A stretch of 56,715 nt of DNA, taken from the NCBI GenBank assembly GCA_946536155.1, contig CAMNEB010000001.1, forward strand, positions 1-56,715, given 5' to 3'. Below are positions 37,389-51,063 of this stretch, piece by piece. This stretch comes from an uncultured Lachnospiraceae bacterium (GTDB taxonomy: Bacteria > Bacillota > Clostridia > Lachnospirales > Lachnospiraceae). The stretch's first letter is position 1. Each line of letters starts with the position of its first letter. The notes under the pieces were generated by a model, which made no database searches, was not told the origin of the DNA, and worked only from the letters and a program-made list of their open reading frames with translations. A program made the position numbers and the translations under genes.

Positions 37389-38525
37389 TTACGCCCGGTG
37401 ACTTTTCCGGGCAGAGAGAGTCAGATCGAATAAGCGTTTCAGTCCCAGAGGACCAAGGATACCGAAGAGCATATATACTATCTTGAAATTATTGCTCAGA
37501 TCCCAGAAATACCATTCCGATTCCCGGAAGTACTCCGCATCGAAATACAGCAGGCGAGTGATATGCTCATGCACAAAGAGAAGAATGCAGTTTAAGATAT
37601 TGAAAAAGAGGATATGAAATCCCATTATCCAGAAGGTGTTGCAGGACATGTAATTTACAAACCTGCTCTCAAAAACCGGCTTTCCGGCCAGTTCTACAAT
37701 GGTGAGCCAGAAGAGGATACCCACTATGGAAGATATCACGGGAGTGACGATATACGGACTGGTAAATCCTGCGAGTTCGCCCAGGGAGTCGAATGCGATA
37801 TCGTATGAATCCGGAAGATACATCGTCCTTATGGCATTGATGGTAAGAAGAACGGCGAGCAGTGCAATCTTTCCGCCGCCCGTCATGGCAGAATGCTTCT
37901 TTTCAAGATGATCTCTGTAGATGATTCCCATTTCCAGGAAAGGCAGGAAGAACATCACCTTAAGGGGCACAAGAAAATACTCTATGGCCTCCGGATCGTT
38001 TGTTTTGGCGATATATACAGTCAGCAGATGCAGTATGAGAAATACGGCGAGCATCACATAGCTGTTCCATATCCTGCCGAGAATTTTTTTCATCAGTGCA
38101 TAAACCAGCAGGGTTGCAAAAAGACTGATGACAAACCACATGGGTTCTACGATCGGTCCGAACGCACCGACGGTCACTATCCTGACGAACATATATTTCA
38201 GATACCATCCCGAAAGTGAAAATGGCTCCCCTGCTTTCAGGAAATTAATCAGCTGCTGAAACAGAAAAACACATGCCGATATCCCGATATACGGTACCAG
38301 CAGTGTTTTTACCTTTTTTAATATATAGGGGAAAAGCTTTGTGGAACGGTCAACTTTGTTGAAGTAGCCGGAGATGAATACGAACATCGGCATGAAAAAA
38401 GAATTATACGGAATAAAATCTCCGAAGAGATTAAAGGTGATCCATGTATGATGATCCACCACCATAAAGATTCCTATGGCGGAAAGAAGCATGAATTTCC
38501 TGTTTGATTTACTGCGGCGTTCCAT
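37389..38525 (-). CDS. Acyltransferase-3 family membrane O-acyltransferase
   Basis: AIGIFMVVDHH, FFMPMFVFISGYF, LLVPY and MWFV. About 10 TMs. Confidence 0.85.
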   Translation of the reverse strand: MERRSKSNRKFMLLSAIGIFMVVDHHTWITFNLFGDFIPYNSFFMPMFVFISGYFNKVDRSTKLFPYILKKVKTLLVPYIGISACVFLFQQLINFLKAGEPFSLSGWYLKYMFVRIVTVGAFGPIVEPMWFVISLFATLLVYALMKKILGRIWNSYVMLAVFLILHLLTVYIAKTNDPEAIEYFLVPLKVMFFLPFLEMGIIYRDHLEKKHSAMTGGGKIALLAVLLTINAIRTMYLPDSYDIAFDSLGELAGFTSPYIVTPVISSIVGILFWLTIVELAGKPVFESRFVNYMSCNTFWIMGFHILFFNILNCILLFVHEHITRLLYFDAEYFRESEWYFWDLSNNFKIVYMLFGILGPLGLKRLFDLTLSARKSHRA

Positions 38526-38555
38526 TTCCTGCAGATCCCCCCGGTGTGTACGTTA

Positions 38556-40061
38556 TTATACGGTTCTTTCCAGCTTCTTACGAAGATTCTCCTCTGTCAG
38601 GTGTATGACCATTCTTCCTTCGATCACTGCATCCTGATGCTGTCCCTTCTGCAGCCACTCCTCGAGAACCTGTACGCAGGATGTAGCTATCTCACGCTGG
38701 GGATGATCCTTCTCAACCTCTTCATGAGTAAGATCGAATGAATCTTTGAGATTCTTGTAGTGAAAATCCTGAAGTCCGACGGTAAAGAGCCTGTCATCCT
38801 CAACCGGCTCGCCCTCAAAGTTCAGCTTCAGGAGAGTATGCGTATTTTCATCATACTCTAATTCAACTCCGTGGGATACCTGATAGAACTCGGTATGTTC
38901 CCCGGCGAGGGCTTCATCCCTGAGCATCCTCAGGAGCGCATGCCGCAGCTGTGCTCCTGTCCAGTACATCAGATGAGCACTGTCATCAAAGGGAAAACAC
39001 TCGTCGAAATCCCCTTTCGTAACGACCGGTCCCAATTCCTTCACGCGGAATGAACCCGAAGCAAGAAGAAATATATCGACGCCGAGTGCATCCTTCAGCG
39101 CATCCGCAAAAAGATTTCCTATCTCGGTCTCCTCTATATGTGACGGAGCCGTCAGTTTTCGTACGAACTTGGTTATGATGCGACCGTATTTTTCATCCGT
39201 CGTATCCTTATATGAGCGGATGACCTCTTCTATGGATTCATCCCTTGGACATGTGGTGTTATTGATGGGTATTGAGTTCCATGTATAACTGTCGATCCTG
39301 TTTTCATCCGTATCGATCATCATATCGAAACGGCCTATCTGATCGGTTCCCGTACCGACCTGAACTATGGGAATCCCGTTAACTGTCACGGGAGCATCAA
39401 GAAGATCATGCGAATGGCCGCCTATTATCACATCGACTCCCCACGCGGGATCAAGCATCGCAGCCAGTTTTTTATCCTCTTCAAGACCGATGTGGGTAAG
39501 AAGGACCGTCAGATCCACATCCGTCGAATTATAGGTATTGCAGATCTTGCCCACCTCGGCAGCAGCATCTTCAAGAGTCACGAAGGTACCCACAAGCTTG
39601 TCCATCTTGCACTTCATAAGGGTGATCTCTGTAAGCACGCCGATAAAGAGGATCTTCATCCCGTCGATCCTCAGTACTTTATACGGTTCGAAAAGTCTGG
39701 TGTGATTTGTCTTCAGATAGAGATTGGCATTGATTATCGGAAATTCTGCGCACTTCTCGAGAAAGAGAAGGTGCGATACCCCATAGTCAACCTCATGGTT
39801 TCCTATGGTCACGATATCCGGGGAGAGCATATTCATTATCTGTATGGTGGAGATCCCGTGGAACTCGGAATCTATGACAGATCCGCAGAACATGTCTCCC
39901 GCTATCGCATATATTACATTCTTTTCTTCATGTCTTACCTTACTGATATATCCGGAAAGGAGCGATACTCCGCCCACAAGATTTTCATCCACCTGTTCCG
40001 CAAGAAAATCTCCGTGCATATCATTTGAATGCAGCAGAGTCAGCTTCTTTAGATGCTTCAT
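38556..40061 (-). CDS. Bifunctional metallophosphatase/5'-nucleotidase (UshA/CpdB-like), no signal peptide
   Basis: HSNDMHG, AGDMF, GNHEVD, LTHIG and GGHSH, plus a C-terminal 5'-nucleotidase domain. Start at ATG 40061 after GGGGGA. Confidence 0.9.
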   Translation of the reverse strand: MKHLKKLTLLHSNDMHGDFLAEQVDENLVGGVSLLSGYISKVRHEEKNVIYAIAGDMFCGSVIDSEFHGISTIQIMNMLSPDIVTIGNHEVDYGVSHLLFLEKCAEFPIINANLYLKTNHTRLFEPYKVLRIDGMKILFIGVLTEITLMKCKMDKLVGTFVTLEDAAAEVGKICNTYNSTDVDLTVLLTHIGLEEDKKLAAMLDPAWGVDVIIGGHSHDLLDAPVTVNGIPIVQVGTGTDQIGRFDMMIDTDENRIDSYTWNSIPINNTTCPRDESIEEVIRSYKDTTDEKYGRIITKFVRKLTAPSHIEETEIGNLFADALKDALGVDIFLLASGSFRVKELGPVVTKGDFDECFPFDDSAHLMYWTGAQLRHALLRMLRDEALAGEHTEFYQVSHGVELEYDENTHTLLKLNFEGEPVEDDRLFTVGLQDFHYKNLKDSFDLTHEEVEKDHPQREIATSCVQVLEEWLQKGQHQDAVIEGRMVIHLTEENLRKKLERTV

Positions 40062-40120
40062 GATCTGTTCCCCCCATATCTTACTCCGCAGGCGTTCAGA
40101 ACATGAAGAACGTCCCGTCA

Positions 40121-40492
40121 TCAGTTCACTGCGGTGAGTCCGTCTATGGAATCGAGCCTGAATATCCTGAGGATCACCTTTTTGGGTGTTGTTATCTCCA
40201 CCAGGATCCAGTTATCGTCCGCATCCATTATAACATTTTTTCCTTTGGTATTTCCGTATGTCAGTACATCCGGATCCCAGCAGTCCTCCTTAAAGGAAAT
40301 TATCACCTGTTTTCCGATATATCCTGATGCTATCCCGGCAAGAGATTCCTTTGAAACGGAAAACGAAGTCCCCTTTATCTGTGAAAGTTCGTCCTCGAGC
40401 CTTTTAATGCGTTTTTTAAGATCCGACTCGGAAAGAAACGCCATAAATCCCATAAGACCGAAAATAAATCCGAGAATTCCAAACGTATCCAT
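40121..40492 (-). CDS. Hypothetical protein: N-terminal TM, coiled coil and Sm-like beta domain
   Basis: MDTFGILGFIFGLMGFMAF (TM), LKKRIKRLEDEL (coiled coil), then a domain similar to the C-terminus of the adjacent XRE protein. Confidence 0.75.
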   Translation of the reverse strand: MDTFGILGFIFGLMGFMAFLSESDLKKRIKRLEDELSQIKGTSFSVSKESLAGIASGYIGKQVIISFKEDCWDPDVLTYGNTKGKNVIMDADDNWILVEITTPKKVILRIFRLDSIDGLTAVN

Positions 40493-40493
40493 A

Positions 40494-40952
40494 TCAGCCC
40501 TCCTCTATGATCTCAAATGAAAGGACCGATGAAAGGGGGATAAATTTCTCAAGCGATCTTCCTTTTTTATCGACTGAAGATACCTTCATCCAGTTTCCCT
40601 CGAAACTGTCGACGGTAACCACAAGATCGAAAAGATCTACATCCGTCTCTCCGTCACAAAATGAAAGCTTTACCTTCTTGCCAAGTATCCCTTTCAGGAT
40701 TCTTCCCGCTGACGAAGCCGGGGTTCCTTCCTTATCGCTTTCCTCCGTTTCAATGTCATCCCGGAGAAGGTAGTCACAGCTTACTCCGAGGATCCCCGCA
40801 ATGTCGGATATCTTATCTATATCCGGCATTACGGTACCGTTTTCCCATCTGCTGACAGTCTGTCTTGTCACCGACAGCCTGTCGGCAAATTCCATCTGAC
40901 TTAATCCGATGTCTTTTCTCTTAGTGGCAATCTTTTCTCCCATTTTACTCAT
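40494..40952 (-). CDS. XRE-family HTH regulator with C-terminal Sm-like domain
   Basis: LSQMEFADRLSVTRQTVSRWENGTVMPD HTH. AGGAGG RBS. Confidence 0.9.
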   Translation of the reverse strand: MSKMGEKIATKRKDIGLSQMEFADRLSVTRQTVSRWENGTVMPDIDKISDIAGILGVSCDYLLRDDIETEESDKEGTPASSAGRILKGILGKKVKLSFCDGETDVDLFDLVVTVDSFEGNWMKVSSVDKKGRSLEKFIPLSSVLSFEIIEEG

Positions 40953-40980
40953 GAGATATTCCTCCTGTGTGTTGTTAATG

Positions 40981-41028
40981 GCAACCGGTTACAATGCCGA
41001 TTCTAAGAAAAAGTGCCACCCGGGACAA
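40981..41028 (-). promoter_or_regulatory. Promoter and candidate operator of the XRE pair
   Basis: Minus strand TTGTCC (41028-41023), 17 bp, TAGAAT (41005-41000). Dyad GCAACCGGTTAC at 40981-40992. Confidence 0.5.
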
Positions 41029-41113
41029 GAAATTCTCCTGTGCAAAATGTAACATGGCAGTTTACATTTGCCGGTTTTTCGCTGTTTTTCGTATGTTTTT
41101 CCGTTTTCAGCTT

Positions 41114-42298
41114 TCACCTGCCGCAGTGCCAGAAACGGGATCCGATCTCTATGACTGCCTCCCCGTTTTTTTCGATCAGATCCGAAAAATAGTCAAACAT
41201 ACGTTTCTTATCTGCCGGGGTCAGCCTTGCGGGATCGTCCATCGCTTCCTCCATCTTGGCGATGATCTCCTCCGCATCCGTATAATGCCATTTGTTTGAA
41301 ACGATAACAGGATCAACTTTTCCGAAATACCTGCCCAGCATATCCAGGCATGTGCGTCTCTTTTCTTCGATCTCCTCAAGCTTTTTGTCGTAATAATGTG
41401 ACCCTGCGCCTGCTGCCTCCATGGCATTTTTGAAAAACAGCTGCCATGATCCGCATGAACCGGCTCCGTTGTAAGAGAAGACGCCTTTATCGGATAACAC
41501 TTCGCTCACCCTGCGGATAAACTCTTCGGGACTTTTAAGCATGTAATCAATGTAATGGGCTATGATCACATCATATCCTTTATCTCCGGCGATCTCATCC
41601 CAGGTCTGTGCTTCCTCAAGATCCGAAAATCTCAGGTTTATTCCGACTCCGTCCGGAAGGGCCTGTCTGTTCTCTTCAAGATACTGTGCGAAATTATCTG
41701 CCCAGCTTCCGTGGACATCGTATGCAAAGATACTGCTTCCTGCAGGGATCTTATTCCAGTTGTTCCTCCAGAGCTTGGAAAAACCGCATCCGAGATCCAG
41801 TATCTTATCATTTTCCTTAAGGTTCAGGGAACCGAAGATCTTCACATACCAGTCGGGCTCAGATCCGGTATGCTTAAGTGCATCCCAGTGTCTTTCATCT
41901 GCCCTCTGGTCAAGGCTTATGGTCTGGACTATCTCAGCAACATCATCCCAGTCCAGATCCTTTTCTTTTCTCTCAAGAGTTCCGGAGATGGCAGCTATCA
42001 CCTTATCCATCTGATACCTGCGCTCTTCCATCTCTTTAAGCTGTATTCTGAGCGCCTCCTCAACATCGGAAGCATCTCCCGCGATCAGATTGTCCCTTAT
42101 CTCTTCAAGGGAGAAACCAATCTGCTTGAGAGCAACGATCTTCTCAAGTATCCTGAGCGAAGATTCGTCATACAGCCTGTAATTGCCCTCCGAATAACCC
42201 GAAGGCTTCAGAAGTCCCTTCTCGTCATAAAGTCTGACCGCTTTCTGGCTCACTCCCGCTATTCTGGCGATCTCGCCGGATGTCATTTTCTTATCCAT
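41114..42298 (-). CDS. MerR-family regulator fused to a class I SAM-methyltransferase-like domain
   Basis: EIARIAGVSQKAVRLYDEKGLL...NYRLY (MerR HTH) and ILDLGCGF (SAM-binding motif I). GGAGG RBS before ATG 42298. Confidence 0.88.
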   Translation of the reverse strand: MDKKMTSGEIARIAGVSQKAVRLYDEKGLLKPSGYSEGNYRLYDESSLRILEKIVALKQIGFSLEEIRDNLIAGDASDVEEALRIQLKEMEERRYQMDKVIAAISGTLERKEKDLDWDDVAEIVQTISLDQRADERHWDALKHTGSEPDWYVKIFGSLNLKENDKILDLGCGFSKLWRNNWNKIPAGSSIFAYDVHGSWADNFAQYLEENRQALPDGVGINLRFSDLEEAQTWDEIAGDKGYDVIIAHYIDYMLKSPEEFIRRVSEVLSDKGVFSYNGAGSCGSWQLFFKNAMEAAGAGSHYYDKKLEEIEEKRRTCLDMLGRYFGKVDPVIVSNKWHYTDAEEIIAKMEEAMDDPARLTPADKKRMFDYFSDLIEKNGEAVIEIGSRFWHCGR

Positions 42299-42360
42299 AC
42301 ATACCTCCTTTGGTGATATCATTACCCGTCCGTTAAACCGGATCTTTCTGTTACGATCTC

Positions 42361-42391
42361 ACCTTAAGGGGTTCCCCAGGGGAAGAGTCAA
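42361..42391 (-). promoter_or_regulatory. MerR-type promoter (19-bp spacer with dyad)
   Basis: TTGACT (42391-42386), 19 bp, TAAGGT (42366-42361). Dyad TTCCCC-N-GGGGAA at 42372-42384. Confidence 0.7.
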
Positions 42392-42498
42392 TAACCTTTT
42401 TCCCTGTCAACGATATATTTAAGAGGACGGCCTTCGGCATAGTTTTCGAGGTCCTCCAGGAACATATCCACATTTTTGTCCAATGTATATTCAAGCAT
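42388..42498 (-). pseudogene. Remnant: C-terminal 36 codons resembling a D-2-hydroxyacid dehydrogenase
   Basis: Translates to MLEYTLDKNVDMFLEDLENYAEGRPLKYIVDREKGY*, resembling the family's C-terminal signature (N/D-L..Y..G.PL...VDR..GY). The rest of the gene is absent. Confidence 0.6.
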
Positions 42499-42528
42499 CA
42501 GACTGCTCAGGGTTCTCTCGTAATAAAA

Positions 42529-43626
42529 TCATTCCTGACCCTCAAAAACTGTGCTCTTAAGTTCTTCCGGAGTTATCCCCGTATCCATTTTATAATACAT
42601 ACGGTCAAAATATCCCATGATAAGTTCCATATCTTCGTCTATGACGGCATGACCCTCTTTATGGAAATGGATCGCAAGATGATCTCCGAGTCCTTCCTCT
42701 TCATAAACGGGCGCAGCCTTTTTATAGCATTCCCACATCGCCGGGGCATTCACCCAGTCCTCATTCGTGCATGCGGCGATGATGAAATAATACCTGTCAC
42801 GCCCCATAGCCATGACCACCAGACCGTCCTGGTCCAAAGGGATATCGGACGGAGCCTTATACCGAAGGAATCTGTCGTTGAACCATCCTCTCTCCGCATC
42901 CGACTGAAGGCAGTCAAGCGGTTCATTCTTGCCGTAGGTATAATCGGAAGGACCTCCCACAGCGCTCAGATCGTATGTCTTACCTTCGGAAACGACGCTG
43001 TAGAGCGCAAGTCCTCCCGCTCCGGAACAAGCGGGGATCACCATGCGGAATCTCTCATCAAAGGCTCCGCACACAGCCGTCGCCTTTCCCCAGCGGGATA
43101 CTCCGGTGACAAGGGATGCGTCCGCATCAAGACCGAATTCTTTATCGAGCCCCGCAAGGACCGCATCCAATATCTTCGATGCTCCCCATGCCCAGGCCAT
43201 CAGCACTCCCGTCTGTTCCTCATGCTTTTCCCCGTAGGGATACAGATCGTAAAAAGCGCCTTTGTGTTCCGTATTATCGGATGCTATCGCTCCGTTTTCC
43301 ATGACGATGAGAGCATATCCCGCAGAAAGGGCGCATCCTGAGGACAATAGAGGATGCATGCATACTATGAAGGGATTTCCGGACGGATACTTCTCCCCTG
43401 AAGACTTATCGGGAAGATACACATGGACCGTAAAATGCGCTTTTCTGCCATTTGCCGTGACATTTATCCGAACCAGCTCTCCGCCAATGACTTCAAAAGG
43501 ATTTTTGACCGAAGAAGGATCCCTGTCGTCAGGCCCCAAGCGCTCATAAGTCACTTCTTCGCCATGTCTTTTGACTCCGTAAACGTTATTTTCGAAATGA
43601 TCCCTCAGAAAAGAATTGTCATTCAT
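42529..43626 (-). CDS. Carbohydrate esterase family 15 (glucuronoyl esterase-like)
   Basis: GVLMAWAWGASKILD, VTGVSRWGK (CE15 G-x-S-R-x-G-K nucleophile), GAFDERF and SGAGG. No signal peptide. Confidence 0.8.
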   Translation of the reverse strand: MNDNSFLRDHFENNVYGVKRHGEEVTYERLGPDDRDPSSVKNPFEVIGGELVRINVTANGRKAHFTVHVYLPDKSSGEKYPSGNPFIVCMHPLLSSGCALSAGYALIVMENGAIASDNTEHKGAFYDLYPYGEKHEEQTGVLMAWAWGASKILDAVLAGLDKEFGLDADASLVTGVSRWGKATAVCGAFDERFRMVIPACSGAGGLALYSVVSEGKTYDLSAVGGPSDYTYGKNEPLDCLQSDAERGWFNDRFLRYKAPSDIPLDQDGLVVMAMGRDRYYFIIAACTNEDWVNAPAMWECYKKAAPVYEEEGLGDHLAIHFHKEGHAVIDEDMELIMGYFDRMYYKMDTGITPEELKSTVFEGQE

Positions 43627-43757
43627 ATAAGAACTCCCCTTTATCCCCGTTTTTGAAATACCTATACTATCTTAAATGTTTATATCACCACATTTCAAGA
43701 GTGGTATAATACCTTACGGGCGTATTGGAAAAATATGAAACCCCGGAGGAGAAAAAA

Positions 43758-45257
43758 ATGGAAACGATCCTCAAGACCGAATACGAAGATTTTTTACATG
43801 CGAACCGTATCAAAGTAAACGGATATCTCAACAGAGTGCTCTGGTTCTTCGTTCTCACCGGACCTGCCATAGCATCGGGAGTAAAGGGAGGCGTCTTCGG
43901 TGACATCACATATACCACCTGTATATACATCTCCGTATATGTGGCAGTCATGTCGGCCATTCATCTCATTCTTTTCAAAAAATATCCCGCCAGTACACTT
44001 ACCTGTATTTTTGCACTGACGGCTCTGGATCTGCTGATCGTTTACATGTCCTACTCCCATGTCAGCATCTATCTCACATGGTTTCTTGTTCCGCTCCTGA
44101 GCCTGCTCTTTTGTGATAAGTACCTGTATTATTTTACGGCGATAATGAACTACATTCTGATGTGCCTCGCCACATGGCTCATCTCCCCTTACGAATCGTC
44201 CCTCAGGGAAGATCTCAAAGAGCCCACGGCATATTTTCAAAATACCATCGGCGGATTCACCATCGAATCCATCATCATGTTTGTTTCGGGGTATATCATC
44301 GGAAAGCTGACGCTTGAGTATTTCAAGGGTCTGTTCGAGCAGTACAAGCTCATAAAAGAACAGGAACGCAGCATGAAAGAGAAAATGGATATCCTCGATT
44401 CCATGGCAGAGATCTATGACAATGTCAACCTCATAGATTTCACAAACAATACGGAGATGTCCTTAAGAGATTCCGGTCAGGAAAAGCACGGCATAGACCT
44501 GACCGCCCAGACACACACCCTCATGAACCAGAAGATCAAAAACCAGGTCATGCCTGATCAGATCGATGAATTCCTCAAATTTACAAACATCAAGACATTA
44601 AGATCGAGGCTTTCCCAGAAGAAACTCATAAGTGCCGACTTTATCGATGTTATCTCGGGATGGTTCCGCGCCCAGTATATAACGGTGGAATCTGCGCCCG
44701 ACGGAATTCCGAACGTGATCATCTACACGACCAGAAATGTGGATGAGGAAAAACGCCGCGAAGAGCATCTCATCAGGATCTCTATGACCGACGAGATGAC
44801 CAGGCTGTTCAACAGAAGATGCTTTGATGAAGATCTCCGCGAGATCAGAAACGGTGAACTTTCCGACGATCTTGTCATCTTCTCGATAGATGTCAACGGA
44901 TTAAAGTCAGTGAACGATACAAAGGGACATGCCGCAGGTGACGAACTCATAAAGGGTGCGGCCGACTGTATCGCTCTGTCTGTTGGCAAGAAGGGCAAAG
45001 TCTACAGGACCGGCGGCGATGAATTCATGGCCGTAGTCCATACGGGTGAACCTGAAGAACTGCGTAAAGCGATCGGAAAAAAAGCAGAAGAATGGCACGG
45101 TGTTTACTGCGATGAAGTCACCGTTTCCATCGGATACGCATCACACTCCGCAAATCCGGAAGCGTCCGTCGACGAACTCGAGCGCATCGCGGATGCGGAT
45201 ATGTATGCCGAAAAAGGTAAATATTACAAAGAACGCGGCATAGACCGGAGGAGATGA
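43758..45257 (+). CDS. Membrane diguanylate cyclase (TMs, PAS-like domain, GGDEF)
   Basis: About 6 N-terminal TMs. DEMTRLFNRR, DVNGLKSVNDTKGHAAGD, YRTGGDEF and ADADMY. GGAGGA RBS. Confidence 0.92.
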   Translation: METILKTEYEDFLHANRIKVNGYLNRVLWFFVLTGPAIASGVKGGVFGDITYTTCIYISVYVAVMSAIHLILFKKYPASTLTCIFALTALDLLIVYMSYSHVSIYLTWFLVPLLSLLFCDKYLYYFTAIMNYILMCLATWLISPYESSLREDLKEPTAYFQNTIGGFTIESIIMFVSGYIIGKLTLEYFKGLFEQYKLIKEQERSMKEKMDILDSMAEIYDNVNLIDFTNNTEMSLRDSGQEKHGIDLTAQTHTLMNQKIKNQVMPDQIDEFLKFTNIKTLRSRLSQKKLISADFIDVISGWFRAQYITVESAPDGIPNVIIYTTRNVDEEKRREEHLIRISMTDEMTRLFNRRCFDEDLREIRNGELSDDLVIFSIDVNGLKSVNDTKGHAAGDELIKGAADCIALSVGKKGKVYRTGGDEFMAVVHTGEPEELRKAIGKKAEEWHGVYCDEVTVSIGYASHSANPEASVDELERIADADMYAEKGKYYKERGIDRRR

Positions 45258-45280
45258 GGCCTTTACCAAGGCTCATCCCT

Positions 45281-49454
<4,174 letters not shown>

Positions 49455-49497
49455 TTTTTCCCCCAAAAAAACGTCGTTCCGCATCCGGTAATTATAT

Positions 49498-49536
49498 AAA
49501 AATACCACCTAAAATTTAACATCATTTCAGGTGGTA
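49498..49536 (-). terminator. Probable intrinsic terminator after the GGDEF-PAS gene
   Basis: Minus strand TACCACCTGAAAT...ATTTTAGGTGGTA followed by TTTTT. Confidence 0.55.
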
Positions 49537-49560
49537 AATCAATGGTATATATAAATTCGG

Positions 49561-51039
49561 TCATTTGTCCTTTTTCTGGTCGTTTATGTCAACGAACATC
49601 CCAACATAGGACATGGGTGTTCCGTCATCCCTTCGGAGGAGCCTGCCGATGGCATGGAACCATCTCCATTCCCCGCTCTTGACCTTTAGCCTGTAATCGA
49701 CATCATAGGTCTTCTCGCCGGAATAATCGGATATGGTATCATTGAATTCCCTGAGGACTCTTTCCTTATCATCCGGATGCAGGAGATCCGACCAGGATTC
49801 AAGTCTGTTCGGAAAATCACTTTCATCGGTGTAGCCTATCATCTTCCTGAATTCGGGGCTCCAGTCCACCGAGGTCATCTTGCCTTCTTCGTCAAATTCC
49901 ATGCCCCACATACCGGAACCCAGAGCTTCGTGCATGACTCTGATGGTCTCTTTCCTGAGAGCCGAGAGCTTCTTTTCATCGGACTTTTTGATCTTCGCCT
50001 TATTGGAATACATTTCCCTGTCGGCAACGAGCATGGCTTTGTCTACGTCCTTATCCTTTACCATCTCATAACCGAAGGCACAGACATAGGGGGTCTTCGC
50101 CAGTTCCGCCCTCATCTGCTCTATATCCTTCTGCACCTCTTCCTCGGTCCTGCCCAGGTAAAAGACCGCATACTCGTCACCGCCTATGCGGTATACCTTT
50201 TTATTCTTCATCCCGCCCTTTGTCAGGCACTCCGCAACCGTCACGAGAGCGGTATCACCCGCATCATGTCCCTGTGAGTCGTTGATCTTCTTAAGATCGT
50301 TCATATCTACCGATACTACCGCAGAGATCTGATCCCTAAGATTCTCCGAATCCGAATAGTAACACTGCCTGTTCAGCAGATGGGTGAGGGTATCCTCCTT
50401 GGCGGTCAGGACATAGAGGGACAGATAGTATATGAGAAGGAGCGAAGCAAAAAGCGTGCTGTAATCCGCATCTATCTCGAAAATGATATGCAGCACGACT
50501 CCGATGGCAGCGGCTATTATACTGGCAAGAATGCCCTTTCTCTCCGCAGATCCGTAACGGGCATATCTGTATGTGAAGGCGCTTACGAACAAAACGACAT
50601 AGAACAGGAACAGGATATACGGATAGTACCTTAATATGCTGTCCGCGCCTATGTAGAGGTTCTTTTCGTCAAACCAGTAGAACAGATGGGTCCACTGGGA
50701 GGTGTACAGAAACGGCGCACTGATCACCACCGGCAGATAATAGAGGAATCTGTTCTTCCTGACAAATTCCACCATCTCCATGATGGTCAGCAGGATCAGC
50801 GGATGAATGAGGTAAATCGAGGGAGTGAGGATTATCCTGGTCCATGTAAGGTACCCGATCTCCCTGGTCCATCTCTCCACAGCCCACATCACGGCTTCTA
50901 TGACTATGAGAAGGATCACTATACGGGTGACATTTATGGTCCTTTTCTTCAGATGGACATTGGAGTCAAGCATCAGCCACAGTCCGAGGACCTCGGCTAC
51001 CATTATGTAATTACCCAGTACCAGAGGAATGACGCTCAT
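49561..51039 (-). CDS. Membrane GGDEF protein with C-terminal PAS domain
   Basis: About 7 TMs. DTLTHLLNR, DLKKINDSQGHDAGD and RIGGDEY. PAS_3 motifs WSPEFRKMIGY, LHPDD and YRLK..GEWRW. Confidence 0.88.
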   Translation of the reverse strand: MSVIPLVLGNYIMVAEVLGLWLMLDSNVHLKKRTINVTRIVILLIVIEAVMWAVERWTREIGYLTWTRIILTPSIYLIHPLILLTIMEMVEFVRKNRFLYYLPVVISAPFLYTSQWTHLFYWFDEKNLYIGADSILRYYPYILFLFYVVLFVSAFTYRYARYGSAERKGILASIIAAAIGVVLHIIFEIDADYSTLFASLLLIYYLSLYVLTAKEDTLTHLLNRQCYYSDSENLRDQISAVVSVDMNDLKKINDSQGHDAGDTALVTVAECLTKGGMKNKKVYRIGGDEYAVFYLGRTEEEVQKDIEQMRAELAKTPYVCAFGYEMVKDKDVDKAMLVADREMYSNKAKIKKSDEKKLSALRKETIRVMHEALGSGMWGMEFDEEGKMTSVDWSPEFRKMIGYTDESDFPNRLESWSDLLHPDDKERVLREFNDTISDYSGEKTYDVDYRLKVKSGEWRWFHAIGRLLRRDDGTPMSYVGMFVDINDQKKDK

Positions 51040-51063
51040 ACAAACCTCCCGTGAAGGTATCTG

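Noticed and set aside
36579-37433. 284-aa plus-strand ORF
   Set aside because: Antisense shadow of the TetR gene, with no recognisable motif.
41555-42316. 253-aa plus-strand ORF and the many similar antisense ORFs in the track
   Set aside because: They lie opposite well-supported genes and have no domains or RBS; they are codon-bias shadows.
43627-43757. c-di-GMP or other riboswitch in intergenic regions near the GGDEF genes
   Set aside because: I could not see the conserved GEMM features by eye. An Rfam/Infernal scan would be needed to exclude it formally.
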